Shown: in pieces, positions 40,701 through 53,174 of the stretch
How the letters are laid out: every line of letters starts with the position of its first letter
Numbering within the stretch: the stretch's first letter is position 1
Assembly (NCBI RefSeq): GCF_018977255.1
Contig: NW_024704751.1
Coordinates: 13,206,001 to 13,270,000, forward strand
Direction of reading: 5' to 3'
Source: Callorhinchus milii
Lineage: Eukaryota
Length of the DNA stretch: 64,000 bases
Notes under the pieces: generated by a model
The model's database searches: none
The model's input: the letters and a program-made list of their open reading frames with translations, nothing else
What the model was told of the DNA's origin: nothing
Position numbers and translations under genes: made by a program

Positions 40701-43700
40701 ATTGCAAAACAAAATTCGGTGTGACAATTTGACAAACATACACTGTAAAGTGTCTTGGGATGGTTTGAATGTTACACAGAGATGCTGAGGGTGATACGGA
40801 CGGTATGGATCAGTCCAACTCATCCATTACTGGGTCTATACTCTTTCTGAGCCCTATTCACATCTCCGATACCTCTCTATCCCCTTCTTCATGCATCGAC
40901 ACTGTTAGAAATCAAGGATTCTCCCAGATCCCTTCACCTCCAGACAGTCCCATCAACAGTAAGCATCATCAAACGTGACGAGGCACTATGAAAATAAATG
41001 CAAGTTTTTTGCTCACCTCATGTTGTGGACGAAAGTGGTTTTTCGAAGCTCGTGCTCTTTCTCATCATCGTCGTAATCCTTGTCAAACGTCTCTTTGTAA
41101 TGCTGGAACAATTGATGAGCTCGATCTTCCTGATCAGTGGAAACTAAATCCTTCATAGGATTAGCCAATATTCTGTGCTCCACGCTGTGCCCTGGGAACC
41201 CTCCACAAGTCTTGCCTGAAACATATAAATGTTTTCCAATTTTTCTTCATCTTACTTTTTATTATACCCAAAGCACGCTTATAACTGCAGAGTTTTACAG
41301 ATCCAAACAACCACAACAAAATGACATTTGTACAGCGCCTTTCACGTCAGGAGGATGTCCCAAGGCGCTGGACTATCAGGTTTTTGGACCCGAGCAGGGG
41401 GCTAGGATCAGGAGGAGTGGAGGGCAGAGATGGTAGGGGCAGGAGGGTGACCCAAGGCACTGTCGAACAGGAGGGTCTTGGGACGGGCCTTGAAGGAGGG
41501 AAGGGACGGAAATTCACACCCTATTTTGGAATGGTGAAGTTAAAATAGGTGTTACAACATCATTACAAAATTACAACAACAAAATTACAAGGCGCTCTAT
41601 AAATGTAATTTTGTTGTTGTAATTTTGTTGTTGTTAGCCTGGCACAATTGGCAGCATTCTTGCCTTTGGGGCAAAATGTTCAATTTGAGCTCATAGTTTA
41701 GGCTGACACTCTAGTGCGGTGTGTTATCAGAGATTACTGTCCGTCGGATGAGGCATTAAACTGAGGTCCCTTCAATCTACCTGTTCAAGTGAACGTTAAA
41801 GATCCTATGGCACTGCTTGAAGAGAAATGGGAGTTTCCTCCCTTTTCCTGGCCAACAATCCTCCAGATAAAATTGGCCATTTGCCTGCAAGTCACTTCAC
41901 TTTCCTGTAAAATCCTGTGAAGTGCTTTGAGGTATCTTGACTTCGTAATGAAGCACCATATCAAATGCAAGGATTAATATTATAATAAGGAAAGATAGAA
42001 GCGGAGGTAAGATTTTTCAGTTGGCCGCGACCAGATGCACTGCTGATAACAGAAGAGAAGATGATCACAGCAATTGGTTGGTGGGTTTACCTTCAGGTAG
42101 TTTGAAAATACTTGGGTCCACGTTGTGGTGCAAATCCATGTAGTCTACCTCGTACTTGTCATAGTGTGAACGAAGCAAGGTGTTGTATCCCTTCATTTGA
42201 TAGTGGACAGGGATGGGACCATGTGTAGAATTGGCTATCCAAATAGTGTAGGTGTTTTTCTTCTTTCCTTCATAGACAATATTTTGCCAGACAGTGCAAT
42301 GCTGTCCTTCATAATCCTCTTCCTTGATGGGCTGAAATCATAGGAAAAATAAGGACCAGATTGGAGCACTCGCTTTGTCATCCAGAGGACCTGGGTTTGA
42401 TTTCCTGGGGGTGGGGGTAGGCAAACCTTAGACACATTTCCTTACTCTGTTTACCTACTAGTAAGTGGGGACACGGCTGTGAGTCGATCGCTGGATCTCT
42501 TTCCATGGGTAATAACACCTAAAAAAAAATGTGGTCACTCGGTCCTCAACTGTTCGTGAGACACTACTGTGCGCAATTGGTTGCCCACAAAATATACAGT
42601 TAATTCAGTTTGCAATATATCCTGTGAAGTGCTTTGAGATGTCTCAGCCACATAATAAGGAACTATATCAAATGCAAGAATTATTATTATTACAGATCAG
42701 ACTAATGGCTGATATCGTCTCAGCATGGAAACAGGACACTCAGTCCAACCACATGAGTCTCCAACCACTTCTTATTCCCTCCCACCACCTTCTATTCCCC
42801 TTGTTCATGTGAAGGTCCAGCTTCCTCTTGAATGCATCCATACTATCTGACATACAACTTGCTAACTTTAGAGGAACCAGGTCTGTAACATTAATCAGCC
42901 CCTAATCACAACATTATCCAATGAAAACGTTGAAAGCTGCAAGTCAGAACAAACAGAGAAATGAAAGGCTACAAAAATACTCAAGTTCTGCTTTTGGTGG
43001 ATATAGAAACCCGTTAAAAATGGATGATATTTTACATATTAATAAGATAGTTTGTACCATGTCTCCACATCTTTTCTTGGATCAGAAACGTCTCGTATTA
43101 AAAGCATCATTTATATCAATTCATATCAGTTTACATTAATTTCAAATATAATTTTTTTTATTTGGGCTGCTGTATTTTTCCTCATATTTTGTTTCCCTTC
43201 TAACATCTGCTTTAATCTTCCAAAACGTAACTCTGGTATGTTGGAGTTAATCACTACTTATTAGTGAAGGATGAAATGGCTTGATTTGGATTCTCTCTTA
43301 CCTGGAAACTTTGCATATTGGGAAAGACGGATTGCGGAACGACAGGATCGTTGAGGGTTCCTGTCATTTGGAAGCATTTGATGACATTGATCTCGGTCTC
43401 TGTAGTCTCCGGGGAGATCTTGTAGGCAACGCCAGCAGGCTTCACAAACCCATGCTGCAAGGTTACAACCTGACCTGTTAAGAATGGTGGAAGAGATTAT
43501 AAGTAAGTACAGTAAAAACAAAAAGCACACAACACAACCTAGAAAGTTGTTACAGTCTGGAACGCAAGGTCTGAAAGAGTGGTGGACGCAGATTCAATAT
43601 TAGTTTTGAAAATGGAATTGGATAGGTACTTAAAAAGGAAAAAATTGCAGGACTATGGGGTAAGAGCGGGGGAGTGGGGCTCAGTTGGCGTAAGAGCGAT

Positions 43701-45222
43701 GTGCCGAATGACATCCCTCTGTGCTGTAAAATTCTACAACACATCACCAACTATTGCCAACCTACATCTTGCCAACCTATGTCTAAAAAGTTCCCAAATT
43801 AAATAAAGTAGAGTGCGTCCCTCCAGGGAGAGAATGCGCATTCCATTGCAGACACAGAAATTTCCACGATTGTTGGCATAGACATATGGAACTCTTAGTG
43901 TGGCTCGGATACTCTCAGCCTTGTGGCACCTGGCTGACAAGAAGAAAATATTCTTTATTCAACCTTAAATCAAAAGAACTAAATAGCATCAAATCACAAA
44001 TCTATAAACTGTACCATTGTAATACTCGATGCGGCTAACTCTCCCAGACAGGTTGTACCAGGCTTCAAAAGGCTCTCGAATCTCAGCGTACGGCAAAGAC
44101 AGAATCCCTGGTGAAAGATTTTTTTTAAAAAAAATTACTTTGATATTCCCCAGAACAGACTAATAACGTGATCGTGTCACACTCTTAAAAAGTGCGTTCG
44201 ACATAGAAATTCCATCAACTAGAGAATAAAGTACTTTAATGACTGAACTGATATTAAATCAGCATTTTTTCGCTCTGGTAAATCACTTTCCTATTGGAAG
44301 CACATGTAAGGCTGTAAAAATATCACCTCAACAGTTTCCTCCAAAGAAGCTTGATCATTCAGCCTTATGTCACACAGAAAATCAAGCAAACACATCCACA
44401 CACAAAATATCCTGGGGATTGTAATGTACTTAATGCCACTGGAAGGTTTAGCAATACAATATTAATTGCAATGAACAAAATACTTTGATCAATTAAACTG
44501 GGGGAATGAGTCCAGGATTGCAAAGTTAAAGAGTACGTGTAGATTATCTACGTGAATATAAACGTATACACACATCAAATATGGATTTAAAAGTTGTAAG
44601 GACTGATGAATGCAATTTGGCATTTATGATAATAATCCTTGCATTTGATATCGTGCTTTATCACGTCGTTGAGAAGTCTCATTTCATTTCGACCTCATCC
44701 AAAAAAGATGCCAGATCAGAGAGAGAGGAAAAAAAACAAATCGTACCTGAAACATGGTAGATGTCTCCGAATGAAGGCACTTTCGGTAAATCCCGGGCAT
44801 CGAGAACTACATTAGAAAAACAAGTTACGGTAAATTTATGATCCTTCCAGTGAGGAACGTTAATGGTGAAGTAAACCTTTTGTACTTCTCTTTCCCCCTG
44901 GAAGCAAAATTTTAAGGAAGCAACAACAATTCTGAAAGAGTGGAAAGTATTTTTTACACACACACACACACACATCCAAGTGAGTGTCCAGCAACAAAGG
45001 TACATCAAAGGAATTCCTGATTTTTTTAAAGCTCACACTAAGAGATTAACTTATTTTCTCCAATCACTTTTCATAAGCATAAACTTTGGTTTAGTTTGAA
45101 TGGGAACCAAACCCTGGGTGGAGTTTGAGGTCCCATCTCCTGCCCAACTGACCCATCTCCCAGCTGTTACCTGACAAGCAGCTCAGGAAGAGGAAGCCAA
45201 CCCATTGCACTGCTCTCTCCAT
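37789..45222 (-). CDS. Papain-family (C1A) cysteine protease, 26/29-kDa proteinase / counting factor-associated protein D-like, copy B (about 547 aa)
   Basis: Eleven exons: 45171-45222, 44747-44806, 44015-44107, 43302-43474, 42091-42331, 41017-41215, 40264-40457, 39833-39924, 39018-39179, 38204-38393, 37789-37976; total 1644 nt, open. Exon sizes match copy A except exon 6 (+6 nt). Catalytic [15 protein letters not shown] and KNSW intact. Confidence 0.92.
41650..41985 (+). mobile_element. Older DeuSINE-like element
   Basis: Contains gatgaggcattaaactgaggtccc..gttaaagatcctatggcactg..tcctggccaaca, resembling the Deu domain of AmnSINE1/SacSINE1-type elements. Similar remnants at about 15745-15960 (-), 20545-20900, 27270-27560, 37240-37500 and 58790-59045. 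Confidence 0.65.
42350..42692 (+). mobile_element. Near full-length SINE, same family, in copy B intron 4
   Basis: Degenerate head (gagcactcgct..gaggacctgggtttgatttcc), body and (ATT)n tail. Confidence 0.8.
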
Positions 45223-45284
45223 CACTGAGCCCAGACCTCTGAGTGACTCTTTGGTCCCAATTCAGTGTAGACCAGACTCATCCT

Positions 45285-45420
45285 GTGAGGGGGCGGGGCC
45301 AAGGGGGCGTGGCCAGGCGGGCCAAGGGGGCGGGGCGGAGCTTTCCCTTTTCTGATTGGCTTTGAATCAACGATTGGCAGTCGCGATTGGGTGGCGACTC
45401 GACCAATGGGAAGTGCACAG
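45285..45420 (-). promoter_or_regulatory. Proximal promoter of protease copy B (GC boxes, CCAAT cluster)
   Basis: GGGGCGGGGC twice plus GGGGCGTGGC at 45289-45340; three GATTGG and one CCAAT at 45353-45408. Confidence 0.6.
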
Positions 45421-45459
45421 AGTTGGGCGCCGAATTCAAAGTTGGTGAAGCGTCGAGAC

Positions 45460-45606
45460 TTGAGCCAATGGTCCAGAGCTTTGAGCCAATGGTCCAGGGC
45501 TTTGAGCCAATGGTCCAGGGCTTTGAGCCAATGGTCCAGGGCTTTGAGACAATGGTCCAGGGCTTTGAGCCAATGGTCCAGGGCTTTGAGCCAATGGTCC
45601 AGGGCT
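45460..45606. repeat. 21-bp minisatellite, 7 copies (TTGAGCCAATGGTCCAGGGCT)
   Basis: Seven head-to-tail units read directly; unit 1 has a G>A change and unit 5 reads GACAAT instead of GCCAAT. Confidence 0.97.
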
Positions 45607-45698
45607 TTCTACCCCCAACCAAACTCTTGTTATTTTAGGGTCTGTTTAATTTCAAGAAAACGCTACTTTCGTGTATTTTTTTGGCGATCTTGCTTCTC

Positions 45699-46122
45699 AA
45701 CAACAACAACAACAAGATTCCATTTATAAAGCGCCTTTCACGTCGGGAGGACGTCCCAAGGCGCTGTGCAGTTGGGTCAGGACCCGAGCAGGGGGTAAAT
45801 GGTCAGGGTGAGGGGAGGGAAGGGAGGGAGCGAGGAGGGGGTAGAGAGTCGAGAGGGGAGCTGAAGGGACGGTCAAAGAGAAAGGTCTTGAGACTGACCT
45901 TGAAGGAGGAAAGGGAGGAAGCGGCGAAGGCACTGGGGATGGAGTTCCAGAGCCTCGGGGCTGAGAGGCTGAAGGCCCGGCCACCGATGGTAGGGCGGTT
46001 GGGGTGGGGGATGTGGGGCAGACCGGAGCCAGAGGAACGGCGGGTACGGGCAGGTAGGTAGGGGATAGTAGGTCAGAGACGTAGGAGGGAGCGAGGCCGT
46101 GAATGGATGAGGATATTGAATT
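45699..46122 (-). mobile_element. L2-clade LINE 3' fragment
   Basis: (CAA)n tail and gcgcctttcacgtcgggaggacgtcccaaggcgc, then sequence homologous to 17690-18070. Related fragments at about 12760-12990, 33490-33660, 41310-41510 and 47822-48095. Confidence 0.8.
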
Positions 46123-49100
46123 CGAAGGTTGAATTCAACCTTGCCGGTTTCTTGTACACTCCTCAGGAGGGCATCAGCGATGAGTTATCAGGAGTAGCGA
46201 ATTAGGCGTTCGTAAAAATACATAAATAAATGCCATCGGTATATTGACAGCGTGATGGCTTAAGTGGTAGTGACTAGTTAAGCCAGGGTCGATTATCAGG
46301 TGTTTCGAAATTGAACCAAACCATGAGGTGTGACATAATGCTCCGCAAAAAAAATTGCTCTAAATACTTCTAAATAAAATTTATAAACAAGGAAACAATT
46401 TGATTCTAAATTATATGCTTATATGCTTACTACTTTTCCATTTTGATGCAAAATATACTTTACCAGCTATACCACAGACATTGTTCTTGAACCGAGAAAA
46501 TTAACCTTTAAAACAGTTTGTGTAAGACTTGAGCATCTACAGCACTTAGATTAACCTTTTATACAACCTTTGATTACATAAAAATAATTCATTGCATCAA
46601 TTAATATTAATAAAGATTACATTTAAAGGTTAATTAATAAAAAAATAGTGCACATATGTTTTTTTGTCTAAAATTTATGGATTCAATTCAATCTGTTAGG
46701 TTAAGCAGTAAAGGCGGCCTCTCAGCCCTACATTTCTTTACTGAACTCTGCGCACAGTAAGGCAGAACATGTCTTATCATAGACTCTTTGCAATCTCTTG
46801 ACCATGAAGTCAGTTCTTCTGCCAGCTTCATAAGGCAAACATGCTGACTTGCCAGCAAGGTTACTGATTATCCTGGGCACCAATGAATATAATTCAAGCA
46901 AATACTTGAGGATAAGACTGTTTAGAGATTTTAGAACACATGTGATGTTACAGTTTGGGGATTGTACAACAACAAACAATATTTGTATAGAGCCTTTCAC
47001 GTCGGGAGGACGTCCCAATGGGCTAATTCTAATGCATTATCTGCAATGGACACATTGCTGTTCCTGTAAGCAGACTCTTAACTCTAATAATACAGTCACT
47101 GTTCTCTTATATAATATTCCTCCATTATAGAGTGGCGTAAGCAATAATAATTATACTTGTATTTGATGAAGCACCGTTCACATCAGGAGGATCTCTCAAA
47201 GCGCTTCATAGGGTACACTCAAGTGTAGTTGGCTATATTTTGTAGGCAAATGCCAAGGTAAACAGTGTACTTCTCCTAGACGGCGGAATCAGCTTACTGG
47301 GTGTGTGTAGATTCCCCCACACAAGTGGAATGAATCCATCTGTGGCTAAAACTAACACTGGTTCAACTTAAATTCCGATCCGTATTGTAATTTGAAAAAT
47401 CCCTTCACTCGGCCAACTATTCTCAGCACAGCGCGGACACAATATGAAGCAACAAACATTCTTGATGGGATTAGTTTTTAGATACAACGTTTGTGGTTTG
47501 GCCAAGAGTCTCAGACACTGATGAACAATGCTTCAGAAAGGTCAGCTTTTTTTCAACCTCCCTTAGGCAGGGGTTAAGAGCTTTAAGCTGCTCACACAAC
47601 CAGCTTTTGTTGCTTAAATACTAAATCATCACCTCAGGAAACTCCTAAGGGGGAGACACTATAATAATGATAATCCTTGCATTTGATGTAGCATCAAACA
47701 TAGCTCAAGGAGAACCAGTGGGCTTCTCTTTGCACAGAACACGCCCCCACCAACGCCCTCTCCTCCCCCGGCAATTGCCCCCTTTTCTCGTGAGCTGCAA
47801 TGTAAAATGTAAAAATGTGACCAACAACAACTTGCATTTACACAGCGCCCCTCACTCAGGGTAGCGTCCCAGAGCGCGACAGTGGTGGAGCACGACGGGA
47901 AGTCGGGGGGGAGAGCGAGGTCACCGTAAGCACGGTCGAATAAGAAAGTCTTCAGGCGCGACCTAAAGACGGGGAAGGAAGGGGCAAAGGCGGGGGGAAT
48001 AGAGGAAGAATGTTCCAGAGTTTTGGGGCGTAGTGGCTGAAAGCGTGGCCACCAATGGCTGTGGGTTAAGCAGGTCGAAGAGGCAGGGAGGTGGGGACAG
48101 ACACATAACAGGAAACATAACCTTCCCATCCAGATCGGTTTATCAGTTTGGCTCATAACTTGGTCTCGCCATCGAGGCCAGACAGTTTCAGTGGAATCCA
48201 TTTGTCAGTCCATAGTTCATTCATTTATCTTATTTTGAGAGCTTGTTTAAAATTTCTTTGGACGAGTGAGGCCAGAATTTCACCTAGCCTCAGCCCATAA
48301 ACTAATAGAATGATAATAATAATAATCCTTGCATAATAATAATAATAATAATCCTTTCGCGAAGTCTCAAATCGCTTCACAGAATATAATAATAATAATC
48401 CTTGCATTTGATATAGCGCTTTTCACGTCGGGAGGACGTCCCAAAACGCTTCACAGAACACACTGTAAAATGAATCGACTGTATATTTTGTGGACGAAAC
48501 ATAGCAGCCGATTGCGCGCAGAGGGTCTCACAAACAGACGTGGGTTTTGCTGTGAAAACCTCATTAAGATTTAAAACCACCTTGTCCCCCTAATTTGAGA
48601 CCAGGCAGAATTCAGTGGATTTTTATTGAAAGAGAAAGTAACTAGCTCAGGGAAAAAAAACTTGGGATTCTCCAGAGCTGCCAACAACTGAACGGTTTAT
48701 GCATCATTGGCTTACAGGGACGACCGTTTGCATCACTTGTAACACAAGTAACATGAATCTAGTTCTGCCTGATCTCCCTCTCTCCCTTGCGATCGAGACA
48801 CTGAAGCTTTTTCCACTATGTTTTAAAATTCCAGCTAAGTGTTGTGCTCCGCCCAGTATAAAAAACCTCCCGAGAGATTAATGCTGCATTTCAATCGACC
48901 TCGGAATCTCTGAAGCTAGTTATTTTTAAAGTTGATTGAACTTGTCTACAACTCTTGCTGACGCTGGGATATCTTTTCAGACCAGTACCCTGGGCCATAA
49001 CAAAAAGCAAGTTAAGAATTAAATCCCTTGTCTTAACAGAGAGAAGGAGAGAAAACAGAAAGAACACAGGAAAGTCCGCGCTGGTGTCAATTGATCCTGC

Positions 49101-51894
49101 GGAGACTGAAAATGATTAAATTTTCCCGCTAAGGTTTGTAACAGAAAAAACGCAAGGCAAACAGGACCGACAAGAATATGATGATAATAATAATCCTTGC
49201 ATTTGATATAGTGCCTTTCACATTAGGAGGGTGCCTCAACAAAAACAGGATTTACTGTAAAGTTCAGTGACAGTATTTGTAGGCAAATGCGGCAGTCAAC
49301 ATGCAAAAGCAATATCCTTTTTTTGTTCCCTTGTTCAGAGAAAAACATTGGAGGCGCACCAAAGAACAGAGAGCTAATATCAGCCATATGTTTGGGTGTT
49401 TTGGGCTGAATTTCTGCATACACGACTTGCAACGTTTCTCAATCATTTATATTGAGTGGCTCCATCTGGTGTATGTTTTTGCAATATTTGCCACTTTGCA
49501 AAAAACATTCTGGATGGATATGTTTTGCTGGCAATAAAACAATTTAAAAAAGAGAGGTGGAAATACTGTGACTGTCCAGCAGAGAGAGCAGCTTAGCGCA
49601 AATTTGACACTTGGTGTTGAAGAGTGCATTGTTGCTGTGGTGGGGGAACTTCCAAGCCAACTTAGTTCCTGGAACAACCGCCAAAAACCCTTCCCTGAAA
49701 CCTCCCTTAACGTAAGAGCATTGAAATCGACAGCGCAGGAGGAGGCCATTCAGCCCATCAGGCCTGCACCAGCTCACAGAGCAAAGGACTTCACGTCAAT
49801 CCCACTGCCCTGTTATGTCTCCATTCTCCTTCAGTGCTTTATGTTTTTAAACATGATGTTGAACAGAATGACACAATTGTATTTGCGAATTTCCACAGAT
49901 GGAGCCAAGATAATTTGACTGTTTGTGGGGACGCTGCTGTGTTCAATTGGCTGCCGCGTTTCACTCACAAAATACACAGTCAATTCACTTAACAGTGTAT
50001 TCTGTGACACGCTTTGAGACGTCTCAAAGTCGTGATAAGGCGCTATATCAAATGCAAGGATTAATAAGGTCCTGCCTATAAATAGAGCATCGTCAGCTGA
50101 GACTTGTCGTAATGGCGACAGCACATGCCAGATTGTCAAGTGGCACAGCTTTGAGTCGCCAACCGAGAAACAGTCAGCGTTGAGTGGTTGACTGGGAGTT
50201 GCAGGCGGCTATATTGTCCTGGCCAGGCAGATCACTAGTTGGAGCTCTGCTCTTTCCTGGCTGGAGTCAATAGCTGCACAGCTCAAGTCAATTTCCTCTG
50301 TGATTTAGCGACACTGAGTGTGCGCTCAGCTGCCTTCTTGAAAGAGAGGGAAAAAAATATCACACCAATTTGACGTCTCGCGTGCAAAGCTGCCAATTCA
50401 TATCGACCAGATGAAGTCTGTATTTTCAACCGGTTGCTGGATGTTTTTTGTCTTGATTCTGTTGACTAGAATTAGCCCACAACATTGCATTTTCTCAAAT
50501 CAGTGGAGTTAAACTGAATGACTTATAAGTGGTACAACTAACTGATATCTCCTGGTGCACTGGTCAACAATCTCCCCACCCTTCCCCTCCAAAAATTGGT
50601 CATTCACTTCATTACATGTTTGTGGAACACTGCTATAGGCAAAAATTGTCTGCTTTGTTCATCAAAATACGCACAGCCACAGCACTTTAATATATATTGT
50701 GTGAAGTGCTTTGGGAAATCTCGACGACATGATAAACTGCTCTATCAAATGCAAATATAATATAACACTGATATGTAGTAACCACTGTTTGTATAGTTGT
50801 CTGAAACTGCTAACCTACACAAGACCTTTATTTTTATACTGAATAGAAAATAGATGAGTAAAAGAAATGTACTGTAGATATCAATACATTTTGATTTAGC
50901 TAATACTTGGAGTGGGTTGGGTGGGATGACTGGAATTTTAAACAGTCTACCACAGGACACTTGATGATGAGTCTGTGATTGTGTGTTAAGTGACTCCAAT
51001 TCTCAAGAAATCAAACGTATTAATTGGGTCAAATAAAAAGTGACAGTTGAAAAAGGGCCGTAAGATTTGCCCCTGAGAAATAGACCATAAAGCATGTTCT
51101 CTTCGTATAATCCTTCATAAAGAGTTTGGTGTCTTGTCACCAGAGACCAATTTCTGGAAGATTAAATTACTGGGCTCACTTCCCTCATTTCGCCCATAAA
51201 ATACACAGTCAATTCACTTTACAGTATATTCTGTGAAGCACCCTGAGACGTCTCAATGCCGTGATAAGGCGCTATATCAAATGCAAGGATTATTATTTTA
51301 TGACAGGAGTGATATAGCTCTGGGATATATCACAGTGACATCCTGACTTCCTGACAGCTGGGCCCATTATAAAGCTGGATCATCCTGTTGCAAATGAACA
51401 CTTCACCCTATCCATTGGAGCTGTACTGCAGTGTGCGATGGCTGTAACAGCCGTGAGGGGTGTCCTGAGCATCTGCTGTCCTCGTCACTGTTCATCATGA
51501 CACGTCCACTCCACCTGGCGGCAGCTGCTCATGGGAAGCGGAGTCAATCCAGTCCCATGAAGTCATAAGTAACTGTAAGCTGCGGAATGGCGACTGCTTC
51601 GGGACGTAATGTATTCCATCCCGTTGTCAATGAGCGAGCACATGTGCAATGCTACAGGTTACATGGATTCTGTGCTTATTTTGTGTGTTGCTGTTACAGT
51701 GCCGGATTAATAAGCTAAATTATATTTTTCTACCCGATGCTAATGATACTGGCAAATGATGTGGCGACCTTAAATTTACAGGGATTTCACAGCCATAAAG
51801 TAACACTGAATAATATTAACAGCAGCTCTAAATTGCTTTATATTTCGTAGTTCTGCTTTATAAAGAACTATAAAACATTTACACCACACGCTAT

Positions 51895-52048
51895 CCATCA
51901 ATTGACTAGTAACTGGGTTCCTATCTTACTGCTAGGTAAACAGAAGCGTGTGGTGAGGAAACTTCCCTAAGGTTTCGCACTGCCCGGGAATTAAACCCGG
52001 GTCCTCTCTTTTGCGAGGTGAGTGCTCTAACCAATACTCTACAGGACT
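51895..52048 (-). mobile_element. SINE 5' half
   Basis: Reverse complement gives gtcctgtagagtattggttagagcactcacctcgcaa..gggtttaattcccggg and the central domain. Confidence 0.78.
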
Positions 52049-52744
52049 TCCTTAAAAAGACATTGAATTTGATTACGGAAGTGTGCCATCTGTTTTCCTT
52101 GGATAATCAGCAGTGCAATTTCATGATAATTACACAGTAAGAAAACTATTGATTACTAATTACTGTGAAGCTTAGAGTGTGGAACAGAGCAGACCAGCAG
52201 GAATTTACATCTTGCAAACCATAACTTTTGTATGATTATATATATATAACTAAATGTACAAGTTCAACTAATCAATTCAGCTATTGTGATAATATTGGCC
52301 CATATCTCATTTTTATTGAAACTGACAGAGACGGATATTTTAGCTGATGTGTTATCAGTGATAAATCTGTATTGTGCATTGTAGTCTCGGGCAGAAAATC
52401 ATGTCTGAATGATGTGATAAGATGCTATATCAAATGCAAGGAGTATTATTATTATGATTACAACCTGTGCAAACCACAGGGGAAACATTTCAAGAGCTGC
52501 TAGGGGCATCGTCTGCCACATTGTGTAAACTCTGTGTATATAATATTAATAATTAATAATCTAAAGATCAATAATAATTCATACCATAACAATTCTTAAA
52601 TTTCCTTAGAGACACTGTACACTATCTCTCAATCAGGGATGGCCCCTTCTATCAACATCAATAACAAACAGCAACAAATTACCTGTGCATAGCGCCTTTC
52701 ACGTCATTATCTGTCTCCTACTGTGTGGCCAATTTCCTGTCCAC

Positions 52745-52885
52745 CCACTTAGGTTGCCTCCTCAAATCCATGCCCCTTAATTTTAATAACCTTTCAGTTG
52801 GCACCTTGTCAAATGCCTTCTGAAAAGCCAGGTAGGTGCTAATCCATACTTCCTCCTCCTCTTACAAACCACATCGGCGATCGTG
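52745..52885 (-). mobile_element. Degenerate CR1 reverse transcriptase fragment
   Basis: Minus strand reads YLAFQKAFDKVPTERLLK, matching the CR1 RT motif YLDFQKAFDKVPH.RLL.K. Confidence 0.7.
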
Positions 52886-53142
52886 TCAAAGAAATACTTT
52901 CCGGAATTAGGTAAGCGGTGGGGGGGGGGGGGGGGGGGCGTCCCTCCAGAGAGAGAGAGAGCGAGAGCGCATTCCATTCCCACAATCTATCTCTGGAATT
53001 TCCATGTGTAGGTGGGAGGCATAGTTGGTTTGATTTGGATACTCTAAACGTGGTGGTCAGTTTCACATGTGTCGGACGCTCGGCTGACCCCAAAAAAATC
53101 AGTTAGGTAAGTCAAACATGACCCAACTTTCACAAACGCATG

Positions 53143-53174
<32 letters not shown>

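Noticed and set aside
28236-45222. Protease duplication as a haplotype-assembly artefact
   Set aside because: Introns differ in length and repeat content and many exons are clearly diverged, indicating an old true duplication.
45278-45729. Repetitive ORFs (KPWTIGS, EPMVQGF) and CRISPR-like periodicity
   Set aside because: They are translations of the 21-bp tandem repeat; there are no unique spacers or cas genes and the DNA is eukaryotic.
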